Source of the DNA: a virus
Direction: 5' to 3' (one strand)
Length of the DNA: 64,000 nucleotides
Virus record (IMG/VR): IMGVR_UViG_3300028654_000015
Span: 1 to 64,000 of that record
Part shown: positions 8,566-17,487 of the stretch, piece by piece
Layout of the letters: every line of letters starts with the position of its first letter
Numbering within the stretch: the first letter of the stretch is position 1
The notes under the pieces: generated by a model
Told to the model about the DNA's origin: nothing
Seen by the model: the letters and a program-made list of their open reading frames with translations, nothing else
Databases searched by the model: none
Program-made: the position numbers and the translations under genes

Positions 8566-8844
8566 ATGAGAGTCTTAATTGGGGACGAAATAGTAGTAAA
8601 GAACGCGAAAGTGACTAAAATTTTGCAAAAAAATTCACTAGTTACAGAGCATAAAGGCAATCCTATTGATTTTTTTCTAGAAGACCCGATTCATGGTAAG
8701 ATTCTATGCAGTTGTAAGCAAAATTGGGTAAATTCTATAAAAGTAAATGATATTTTTCATGGAATTCTGATTGTACAGAAGCGAGGATTTGATATTCTGG
8801 TTGCAAAAAAGATTAAATCACATAAAATAGATAAAACTATATGA
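8566..8844 (+). CDS. hypothetical protein (OB-fold-like beta pattern)
   Basis: 92-aa ORF after promoter; fold guess only. Confidence 0.55.
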   Translation: MRVLIGDEIVVKNAKVTKILQKNSLVTEHKGNPIDFFLEDPIHGKILCSCKQNWVNSIKVNDIFHGILIVQKRGFDILVAKKIKSHKIDKTI

Positions 8845-9149
8845 AACATATAGAAATTTGGTACGAAGTAAACCAATATAATCTAAATCAATGGGGAGAG
8901 TACTTCAGAGATGGTACTCCATTCGAAATGGGCTGGTATCATTGTGAAACTGAACATAATGATATCGAAGAAGAACCTATTGGACCTTTTCATTCATGCA
9001 AAGAAGCAATATCAGATGCGATAAAACAACATGGTGTTAAAGAAGAAGAAATAAAAATTATAGAAGACTACCAAATAGGACCTATAGAAATTATTATAAA
9101 GGAATTGACTAATGGACAACAACAAGACCCCGGAACCACAAATTCTTAA
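8841..9149 (+). CDS. hypothetical protein
   Basis: GWY...PIGPFxSxxEA motif common in small phage proteins. Confidence 0.6.
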   Translation: MKHIEIWYEVNQYNLNQWGEYFRDGTPFEMGWYHCETEHNDIEEEPIGPFHSCKEAISDAIKQHGVKEEEIKIIEDYQIGPIEIIIKELTNGQQQDPGTTNS

Positions 9150-9375
9150 TGTAACTGGTATTCATTCACAAGAAAGTGTGCATGAAACCCCTGCACAACA
9201 GCCACAACTCTTACCAGTGAATCGTGTTTTGCTATTAGAATTGACTAGACTTGAACATCAACTAAGAAAGAGAAAAACAGGTAATATTAAGAGAAAGAGT
9301 AATATACTAAGACGAATTAACAAACTACGAGTATCTCTTTCTATGCAACAATTAACTTTAAAAGACTTTATTTAA
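9112..9375 (+). CDS. hypothetical basic helical protein
   Basis: AAGGA RBS; tiled ORF. Confidence 0.55.
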   Translation: MDNNKTPEPQILNVTGIHSQESVHETPAQQPQLLPVNRVLLLELTRLEHQLRKRKTGNIKRKSNILRRINKLRVSLSMQQLTLKDFI

Positions 9376-9376
9376 T

Positions 9377-9568
9377 ATGACAACATTTGAAACTAAGAAA
9401 TTTGCGAAAGAATCTCTTGGATCTATTGTGGAACTTAAAAATGGAAAAAGAGTACTTCATATAGAAAATGATTTACCAATCATACGAGTATTTGATTTTT
9501 CATCTCATAAGATACTTTGTATTAATATTAAAGATGTAAAAAAGATTATTAATAAAATAGTAGAATGA
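9377..9568 (+). CDS. hypothetical protein
   Basis: tiled ORF. Confidence 0.5.
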   Translation: MTTFETKKFAKESLGSIVELKNGKRVLHIENDLPIIRVFDFSSHKILCINIKDVKKIINKIVE

Positions 9569-9768
9569 ACGAAGTCGCTCACAAAATTCCTATTTGTCCT
9601 AAATGCAATATAGGAACAAAAAGAATCTTTCTTAGATCAGAAAAAACATGCATTGGTTGGCTTCCATGCTACAATGAGAACGGATATCTTATGAATAACG
9701 ACCCAAATGTTACTACAGATGTCTATTATTGTGGGAAATGTGAAACTGAATTCGAGGTGAAACACTAG
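9565..9768 (+). CDS. Zn-ribbon protein
   Basis: CPKC ... CGKC. Confidence 0.6.
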   Translation: MNEVAHKIPICPKCNIGTKRIFLRSEKTCIGWLPCYNENGYLMNNDPNVTTDVYYCGKCETEFEVKH

Positions 9769-9769
9769 T

Positions 9770-9943
9770 ATGACAACTACAGGATGGATTTGCAAATGTC
9801 CTAAGTGTGGATGGATAGGAATGTCTACCGATGATAATTCTGATTGTTTCTTTACTGGTTCTGATTATGACGACCCACATTGTGTTTCTTGTTTTAATAA
9901 TGGAGAAGGTATAGTAGTAACCCTAATAGATCTAGAAGAGTAA
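9770..9943 (+). CDS. 57-aa Zn-ribbon protein (not in ORF track)
   Basis: Own translation MTTTGWICKCPKCGW...HCVSCF...; fills the gap exactly. Confidence 0.6.
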   Translation: MTTTGWICKCPKCGWIGMSTDDNSDCFFTGSDYDDPHCVSCFNNGEGIVVTLIDLEE

Positions 9944-9944
9944 T

Positions 9945-10178
9945 ATGAATTGGAAAGTTTTATATAGAGCCGCTACTGAAGAACCTATTAGTGAATTTGT
10001 TGTAAAATTTCGGATATGGTTAGGATTAAAAATTTTTCCAAAACCTATAAGAGATTTAGCGGTCCCGTTGTTGGAAACTACTACAAATCTCTTACATAAA
10101 GCAATGAAAGAAAATAAAAATGGTAATTTTATTATCGATGTAGTATTACACGATTCAAATGAAAAAGACTCTAAATAA
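9945..10178 (+). CDS. hypothetical protein
   Basis: tiled ORF. Confidence 0.55.
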   Translation: MNWKVLYRAATEEPISEFVVKFRIWLGLKIFPKPIRDLAVPLLETTTNLLHKAMKENKNGNFIIDVVLHDSNEKDSK

Positions 10179-10186
10179 AATTAGAG

Positions 10187-10387
10187 ATGAATACCATAGA
10201 AGAATGTCAAAATATTATAGATCATTACAAGAGAAGTCTGCGTAACTATCGTAATCTATTAGATAATACTAAAGATAGAGATCTAATACGAAGTCTTGAA
10301 TCTTCTATCGATGCTTGTTTATTGAGTATCGAACGTGCTCAATCAAAATATGATTCTATTTTGTTCTCTGAATCGTTTCAACACTAG
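10187..10387 (+). CDS. hypothetical helical protein
   Basis: tiled ORF. Confidence 0.5.
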   Translation: MNTIEECQNIIDHYKRSLRNYRNLLDNTKDRDLIRSLESSIDACLLSIERAQSKYDSILFSESFQH

Positions 10388-10773
10388 ATTTTAATACCCT
10401 GTGCTTTGAAGAATTCATAACCAGCCTCATTCCAAGGTGCAATTGAATTTCTAGACATAATTCTTTTGAGTCTATTCTTTGCTTTTTTGTACAATAAAGT
10501 ACCGAGACCTTTTCTTCGGTGTGTTCTTCTAGTATATACCCACAATTCTGTTCTGTTTGAGATTGTAAATGTTGCTGGTGCAATAGCAGACCAACCTACA
10601 AGTTTATCATTCATATAGCACAAAAATACTTCTGCACTTGCATATCTTTGTGGTTCTTTAGATATCTTGGAAAGTAATTGTCTCATTCCATATCTACAAT
10701 TTATGGTAAGATTCATCAACTCTCTTCGTTGCTTAGAATTCAGAGCAATTAGAAACTTTCTTTGGATTTTCAT
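10384..10773 (-). CDS. GNAT-family acetyltransferase
   Basis: VYTRRTHRRKGLGTLL (acetyl-CoA motif A) and N..GYEFFKAQG. Confidence 0.8.
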   Translation of the reverse strand: MKIQRKFLIALNSKQRRELMNLTINCRYGMRQLLSKISKEPQRYASAEVFLCYMNDKLVGWSAIAPATFTISNRTELWVYTRRTHRRKGLGTLLYKKAKNRLKRIMSRNSIAPWNEAGYEFFKAQGIKI

Positions 10774-10865
10774 ATGATTGTTTGTCTATTATTTATCCGG
10801 GCATCAAAAACATTGAATTTTGTTGGGGTTTATGCTATTTTTACCTTTTATATTAAAATAAATTC

Positions 10866-11249
10866 ATGGGATTATTCCAAACATATTTGACCAAAGTATA
10901 TAATTCTTGGTCTACTAATTTGCCCCAAGATCCTAAAAGCGGAACACACTATCAATATAGTTCATTTATCCAATATAAATTGGATCATACTATAACGATG
11001 ATGCGTAATAAAATACAAGGATTTGAAGATCCTTCTATGAAGAAATTGAGTGCCGCTGAGACTTTAGAGGTAATTCTATATTTAAATGATACCATTAATT
11101 TCTATAGAAGATTATTTGAAGAAGCAAATGAACAATTTGAAACAAGTGTGTTAGATTTAAAAGCACAGATTTCATTACTAAGAAGCGAAGTTAGTATATT
11201 AAACAATCATGTAACTGAGATAAAACAATCAAAAAATGACCATAAATAA
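10866..11249 (+). CDS. hypothetical coiled-coil protein
   Basis: C-terminal heptad pattern. Confidence 0.6.
   Translation: MGLFQTYLTKVYNSWSTNLPQDPKSGTHYQYSSFIQYKLDHTITMMRNKIQGFEDPSMKKLSAAETLEVILYLNDTINFYRRLFEEANEQFETSVLDLKAQISLLRSEVSILNNHVTEIKQSKNDHK
11241..11248 (+). promoter_or_regulatory. T4-type late promoter variant
   Basis: CATAAATA 27 nt upstream of gp5. Confidence 0.55.
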
Positions 11250-11275
11250 ATCTATAATATTTTATCTTATAGATT

Positions 11276-13201
11276 ATGGATTTTTTAGGGAAGCAGGGAT
11301 TTTACAATTGGATTGGTGTAGTCGAGGACAGACACGATCCCCTAAAACTTGGGCGTGTAAGAGTAAGAATTGTTGGGTATCATACAAAAGATAAACAACA
11401 GATGCCCACAAATGAATTACCTTGGGCGCAAGTTCTTTTCCCTGCTGATACAGGAAGAAACGTAGTTGGTCTAAAAGAAAGAGATTGGGTAGGTGGTTTC
11501 TTTTTAGATGATGATAGAGCGCAAGAACCTGTAGTGCTAGGTAAATTTGCGGGGATACCAGAAGAAATTTCAAATCCTACAATAGGGTATATGGATCCTA
11601 CTCCCGATCCAGATTTAACTCCTCAGAAACAACCAAGACCACCAGAGATGTCACCTATACCTGCTGATGTATCTGGTTCAGATAATAGTGGTAGTAGTTT
11701 ATTTTCAAATGCATCTTCTTTACCTGGTGATAATACTGCTTTTGGACAATTATCGAGTCAATTCAGTACAAGCAATTATAAATTCGATGTTAATAATGAT
11801 GGTGTATATAATGCAATAGACGCAAAAACATTATCACAAAGTATTCAGGCAAGTAATAAATTACCATCTTCATCGTCTTCTATTTCTAATAACAATTCAT
11901 CTGGCCCTATAAGTAGATATCCATTAGATACACTATTAAAAGAACCTGATAGTAGCAGATTAGCAAGAGCAGAAAAATTATCATTAACTATTGTTGCAAA
12001 AAAATTAGCGAATCTTGTAAATTCTGGTACAGCAACACATCCTGGTAGTGGGGTTGGTACTGATGCTCCACATATTACAGAACCATTTTCTGAACCACCT
12101 ACACCATATGATGCGAAGTATCCATTCAATCATGTATATGATAGTGAATCTGGACATGTACATGAAATAGATGACACACCACAAAAAGAAAGATTGCATC
12201 AATATCATTGATCTGGTTCTTTTGTAGAAGTACATCCAAATGGAACAAAAGTAACAAAAGTAGTAAAAAAGAATTTCGAATTAGTAACAGACAATCATTT
12301 TTTCAATACAGCAAAAAATGCAACAATAACTGCTAATAAAGACATGTATTTAAAAAGTAAAGAATACATGAACATAGAATCAGACATTGATATGAATCAT
12401 GATGTTGGTCGTGATTCTAATTCATCTATAGCAAGAAATGTAAACACTAGGGTAAATAATGATGTATTCATTGTAATCGGTAAAGATGGAAAAATAGTTA
12501 TAAAAGGAAATCTAGATTTATCAGTTACAGGTGATATCAAAATAAAAGCGGGTGGCAATTTCTTGGTAGATGCTGCTAATATTCGAACTACTGCTGCTAT
12601 CGAAAATGTTGTTGCAGCCGGTATAGCCACAATTACAGATGCGCCTATTACTTCTTTAGGTGGAGAACTTGCTGGTGATATTAGAGCAGTATCAGCATTA
12701 AGTATTGGTGCAGGTCCTCTTCCACCAATACCATCTACCGTAACCGAAAGTAATGATGCAGATGATATTAGTAGTACTATTCAAGCATTCATCACACCAA
12801 AACCAGGATTTATTCTTTCTGGTCCTGCTGGTGATATCTATAAACCAATATCTGATAGTGATGGTAAATTAGTTACAATTAGTAATCAAGCATCTGCATC
12901 TCATGAATTATATGAAGCATTACCAACTGGTGCATTACAAACATTAAATGTACAATTTAAAAATGCAGATAATTCTATCACTACATGGAATGTAGTAAGA
13001 CCTGTACACACATTGGGCAGATTCATAGAAAGTGGTAGATTTTCTTCCAATCCTGGAGAAGAAATGCAGATCTATAGATTCTCTCAACCAGGTTCTTCTT
13101 ATCCAAAACAGATGTTTTTAAAAATGGGTACTAAACAATATCTGATATTAGATTCTAGTGTAAGACATGCTTCTTTTGGAGGGCCGTTGCTTGGTTACTA
13201 A
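11276..13201 (+). CDS. gp5: baseplate hub/central spike gp5 (no lysozyme domain), interrupted by one in-frame TGA at 12209-12211
   Basis: GVVEDRHDPLKLGRVRVR OB-fold and YPFNHVYDSESGHVHEIDDTP. The frame continues after TGA (SGSFVEVHPNGTKV...) in frame into ORF 12344..13201 with beta-helix repeats. Confidence 0.85.
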
Positions 13202-13532
13202 AAGCGCAATAAAACTATTAATCGTATATCAAGTCTTAGATGCTTTGCTTACTTATTGGGGTATTAAGACATTAGGGCATGGTATAAACATTGAGGGAAA
13301 CCCTTTAATCAGACAACTAATGTCTCATATTGGGGTAATCATGACCTTAGTTCTGGTTAAAAGCATAGTAATTCTATATTTGTCTAGTTTTCTACGGATT
13401 GATAAGCATCCAATCGTATCAAAACTCTTAATTTTTATTATTTGTGCTTTCTATACCTTTGTTGTTGGAACTTGGTTACTTCTATTTGTTACTCATATAT
13501 TAGGGATTTCTTCTTCTATATTTGCGCTATAA
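13167..13532 (+). CDS. membrane protein (DUF5658-like)
   Basis: LDALLTYWGI..EGNPL..K pattern, three hydrophobic helices; start uncertain. Confidence 0.6.
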   Translation: MLLLEGRCLVTKSAIKLLIVYQVLDALLTYWGIKTLGHGINIEGNPLIRQLMSHIGVIMTLVLVKSIVILYLSSFLRIDKHPIVSKLLIFIICAFYTFVVGTWLLLFVTHILGISSSIFAL

Positions 13533-13535
13533 ATA
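13528..13535 (+). promoter_or_regulatory. T4-type late promoter
   Basis: TATAAATA upstream of gp25. Confidence 0.7.
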
Positions 13536-13571
13536 TCTTAGTCAATTGGAAATACTAATATTAAGATATAA

Positions 13572-13964
13572 ATGCCTGCTGTTTCTAAACTTTATAGTGA
13601 TCTAGACCTCGACTTTTTACCTCATCCCGTTAATGGTGATGTGAATACACTAACTGATAGCGACTCAGTAAAAAGAGCAGTCCGAAATCTAGTATTAACT
13701 AATATATGGGAACGACCTTTTCAGCCAAATTTAGGTTCTGGTATTGTTCAATACCTATTTGAAAATATAAGTCCTTTGACCAAAGTATCAATAGAATCAG
13801 CAGTCAAGGACGTATTACGTGCATATGAACCTAGAATCACAGTAATAAGTGTGGTTGCTAATGTGAATAATGATCAAAATGGATATGATTGCACAATAAC
13901 ATTTGCAGTTGATAATCAAAGTGAAATTGTTTCTATCGATCTATTTTTAGAGAGAATCCGATAA
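13572..13964 (+). CDS. gp25: baseplate wedge subunit gp25
   Basis: YSDLDLDF..HPVNGD, ERPFQPNLGS, YEPRI. Confidence 0.95.
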   Translation: MPAVSKLYSDLDLDFLPHPVNGDVNTLTDSDSVKRAVRNLVLTNIWERPFQPNLGSGIVQYLFENISPLTKVSIESAVKDVLRAYEPRITVISVVANVNNDQNGYDCTITFAVDNQSEIVSIDLFLERIR

Positions 13965-13965
13965 A

Positions 13966-15771
13966 ATGGCACTACCATCAAATTCTAGAATAACAGAACT
14001 TGATTTTTTACAAATCAAACAGAACTTAATTACATATCTACAAGGCCAGCAACAATTCAAAGATTATAATTTTTCTGGATCTTCTATTAATATTCTATTA
14101 GATATTCTAGCATTGAATACTGCATATCAAGCATTCTATCTTAACATGGTAGGATCAGAAATGTTCTTAGATTCTGCACAATTAAGAAATAGTGTTGTCT
14201 CTCGTGCTAAACAATTAGGCTATACTACTAGATCAGTTCAATCAGCAAGAGCAACTGTTAATGTTACAATAGATCCTACTCAAGGTCCATTAACATCTAC
14301 TCCTTCTACTATTTTAATACCAACTTCTCAAGAATTTTCAACAGTGGTAGATTCTAAAACTTATTTCTTTACTCCTGTTCAGTCTGTATTAATTACACCT
14401 ACACTTGGTGTATATTCAGCACAAAATATTGAACTAATAGAAGGTCAAAGATTGTCGTTTAGTTGGACTGTCGATAATACATTACCAATCAAACAAAGAT
14501 TTATTATACCAAATGCAAATATTGATACTTCTGTATTAGTAGTAAAAGTACAAGAGTCAGTAACAAATTCTTCTATAGAAATATTCACACTTAATGATGA
14601 TATTAATGTAGCAAGTCCTACTTCTAAAGTTTACTTTCTACAAGAAGCAAACGACGGAGAATATGAAATATATTTTGGTGATGGTAATATTGGAGTATCA
14701 CCTCAAAACGGAAACATTGTAATTGCTGAATATGTAGTTAGCAGTGGTGATGCAGTTCTTGGTGCAACGTCTTTTGCAGCAGTAAATAAATTGGCAGGAT
14801 ATAATTCATATACTATAAACACTGTTGTTGCAGCGGAAAATTATTTTGATCAAGAATCGATAGATTCTATTAAACTATTAGCACCCTTAAATTATGAAGC
14901 ACAAAATAGAGCAGTAACAAAGAGTGACTATGAAACATTAATAAAAAAAGATATACCTAGTATTCAATATGTAAGAGTGTGGGGTGGAGAAGATAACGTA
15001 CCACCTGAATATGGTAAAGTATTTGTTGCTCTAAAACCTAGTACTGGTCTTTCTTTATCTGAAGATCAGAAAGCAGATATAATCAATACTTATATCAAAC
15101 CTAGAAATATTATTTCTATTGAAGTAGATATAGTAGAACCAGATTATCTCTTTATAGAAGTAGATGCAATTGTAAATTTCAATTCAAAGATAACCACATT
15201 AGATTCTTCAGATATTAGTAATTTAGTAACTTCTGCTATCGAATCATTTGCTACTTCAACATTAAATGGGTTTGATAGCAATTTTAGATATTCAAAATTA
15301 ATTCAAGCAATAGATAATGCAGACGAATCTATTGTAGGAAATTTAACTGATATTAAAATAAAATATAGAATATTTCCACCTTTTAATGTGCCCAAAAATT
15401 TCACCATTATTACAAATAATGCATTTAGTACTGGCGACTCATTGAATAATATATCTTCGATCAATTCAAGTGGGTTTTATTATAAAGGAATACTCACTTA
15501 TATAAGTGATGATGGTAGGGGCAATCTTTACTTATATCGTATAGTAAATAATCAAAAAATATTGATAGAATCAAATGTAGGAACCGTAAACTACGTTGCT
15601 GGTAGTATTCAATTAAACGGACTTATTGTTCAAAATATACCAAATAGTTTGGATTATATTGACTTTATTATAACCCCATCAAAAGATGATATTATATCTT
15701 TGCGAGAACAAATTTTATTATTAGATAGTTCTGATATTTCTGTAACTGTAAATGATGTTAATATAAGTTAA
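13966..15771 (+). CDS. gp6: baseplate wedge subunit gp6
   Basis: ELDFLQIKQNL..FKDYNFSGS, FLDSAQLRNSVVS, AQNRAVT..DY. Confidence 0.95.
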   Translation: MALPSNSRITELDFLQIKQNLITYLQGQQQFKDYNFSGSSINILLDILALNTAYQAFYLNMVGSEMFLDSAQLRNSVVSRAKQLGYTTRSVQSARATVNVTIDPTQGPLTSTPSTILIPTSQEFSTVVDSKTYFFTPVQSVLITPTLGVYSAQNIELIEGQRLSFSWTVDNTLPIKQRFIIPNANIDTSVLVVKVQESVTNSSIEIFTLNDDINVASPTSKVYFLQEANDGEYEIYFGDGNIGVSPQNGNIVIAEYVVSSGDAVLGATSFAAVNKLAGYNSYTINTVVAAENYFDQESIDSIKLLAPLNYEAQNRAVTKSDYETLIKKDIPSIQYVRVWGGEDNVPPEYGKVFVALKPSTGLSLSEDQKADIINTYIKPRNIISIEVDIVEPDYLFIEVDAIVNFNSKITTLDSSDISNLVTSAIESFATSTLNGFDSNFRYSKLIQAIDNADESIVGNLTDIKIKYRIFPPFNVPKNFTIITNNAFSTGDSLNNISSINSSGFYYKGILTYISDDGRGNLYLYRIVNNQKILIESNVGTVNYVAGSIQLNGLIVQNIPNSLDYIDFIITPSKDDIISLREQILLLDSSDISVTVNDVNIS

Positions 15772-17429
15772 TGGACCAAACAATATTTCCCATAGGAATA
15801 ATTTCTCCTTTCACTCCCATTGGAAGTTGTATATTATTGCCTGGTCCTATCACAAGAAATATACAATCTATAGTAACATCTGAAGCATTTGGATATCCGA
15901 GTGTTGGTAATATTACTTTAACTGGATATTCAATACCTTCACAAGAAGCATTTGGTCCAAAAATTGTAGTTAATGCCCAAGTTAGATTTCCTGTAGTAAG
16001 CCCTGTATTACAAGACGAATTTCCTGCTTTTGTAGCAGAAGATCATCCATTATTTTTGCAATTTATGGGGGCATATTATGAATGGATGGAAAATGCTGGA
16101 CAAGCAATATATCAAACAAAAAATCTATTAAACATACAAGATATAGATACTACAGTTGATGATTTTATTGATTTTTTCAATAGTGAATTCCTAGTAAATT
16201 TTCCAAAGAAAATCACAGCAAACACGCCTTTAGTATTAAAAAATATAAAACAATATTATAGAGCAAGAGGAACCGAAAAATCTTTTGAATTCTTTTTTAA
16301 TGTATTGTTTGGTGAAAAGGTTTCGTTTTATTATCCTAGAACAGATATATTAAAAGTATCAGATGGTAAATGGGTACAACCAAAAACATTAAGAGTATCT
16401 TCTATTCAAGGAGACCCATTTCAACTCTTAGGTAGAAAAATCCACGGGAAAACTAATAATGCTACTGCATTTGTTGAGCAGGTATATAGTGTACAAGAAG
16501 GTTTCATAACAATCTATGAACTATATTTGAATATATCAAGTATTACTGGGGAATTTGACGCGGCAGAAATTTTAGATACATTAGACAATAGCGGAATAGT
16601 TTGTCAAATATCATCTCTCCCTGTTGCGATTACTATTATAAATGGTGGAGCAGGATATCAAGTAGAACAAGAAGTTATTATAATGGGAAGTGGAGATGGT
16701 GCTACAGCAAAAATAACTTCGGTTGATACATTAGGTGCTATTCAAAATGTTGAAATTACAAATTATGGGGCTGCATATGTTGGTGTAACTAATGTGATAT
16801 TTCCTATCTATCCAGGAGTAACTAGTCAAGCACATGGTTCAGTGGTAATTGGTGCTTTAACAAACTATACAGGATATTATCTAAATGAAGATGGACAACT
16901 ATCAACTACAAAGTTTCTGCAAGATGGATATTATTATCAGCAATTTTCCTATGTAGTGCAATTATCTGAATCATTAGTTAGTTATGCTGATGCATTAAAA
17001 AAAGAATTACATCCTGCTGGTTTTATATTCTTTGGTAATTTCTTATCTGAAAGTGAAGTCAATGCACAAGTAAAAATTCCAGAGGGTGCTGAAGAAGATT
17101 TAGAATTATTAGAAGAACCATCAAATATTGTGAAATGTGAATACACAGTAGATAGCGAAACATTGCTATTGGATGCATTTCAACAAGATGAAAATTCATA
17201 TCATCTTGGACCATCATATCGTAGTATTGAAAGAGACAAATTCAAATACAAACCATATCAAGCATATAATGCTGCACCTGATGTGGCTGTAGGAGCCAAT
17301 TCGACATATTGGGACACCTATGCAAACTATCAAATAAAACACTTCAAAGATTATATCGTTGGAGATTTTAAAAATAAGCCATGGAAACAAACAAAAATAC
17401 AACCGGAACCAGGGTTTAGAACCGAGTAG
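15771..17429 (+). CDS. gp7: baseplate wedge protein gp7-like, with N-terminal SxEAFG repeats
   Basis: FPAFVAEDHPLF..YYEW, YRARGTEKS, LQDGYYYQQFSYV, HPAG; lies between gp6 and gp8. Confidence 0.8.
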   Translation: MDQTIFPIGIISPFTPIGSCILLPGPITRNIQSIVTSEAFGYPSVGNITLTGYSIPSQEAFGPKIVVNAQVRFPVVSPVLQDEFPAFVAEDHPLFLQFMGAYYEWMENAGQAIYQTKNLLNIQDIDTTVDDFIDFFNSEFLVNFPKKITANTPLVLKNIKQYYRARGTEKSFEFFFNVLFGEKVSFYYPRTDILKVSDGKWVQPKTLRVSSIQGDPFQLLGRKIHGKTNNATAFVEQVYSVQEGFITIYELYLNISSITGEFDAAEILDTLDNSGIVCQISSLPVAITIINGGAGYQVEQEVIIMGSGDGATAKITSVDTLGAIQNVEITNYGAAYVGVTNVIFPIYPGVTSQAHGSVVIGALTNYTGYYLNEDGQLSTTKFLQDGYYYQQFSYVVQLSESLVSYADALKKELHPAGFIFFGNFLSESEVNAQVKIPEGAEEDLELLEEPSNIVKCEYTVDSETLLLDAFQQDENSYHLGPSYRSIERDKFKYKPYQAYNAAPDVAVGANSTYWDTYANYQIKHFKDYIVGDFKNKPWKQTKIQPEPGFRTE

Positions 17430-17467
17430 ATAATCCAAATAGATGAAAATAACTTTTAAATTTTACA

Positions 17468-17475
17468 CATAAATA
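17468..17475 (+). promoter_or_regulatory. T4-type late promoter variant
   Basis: CATAAATA upstream of gp8. Confidence 0.55.
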
Positions 17476-17487
17476 AAAAATAGAAAT

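Noticed and set aside
11276-13201. Genome-wide stop-codon reassignment (TGA or TAG recoding)
   Set aside because: All other core genes are intact in code 11, and TGA/TAG terminate genes at expected ends. Only one internal stop was seen.
12344-13201. Independent gene as listed in the ORF track
   Set aside because: It is in frame with the gp5 N-terminal half, the intervening codons are gp5-like, and there is no SD. Treated as part of gp5.
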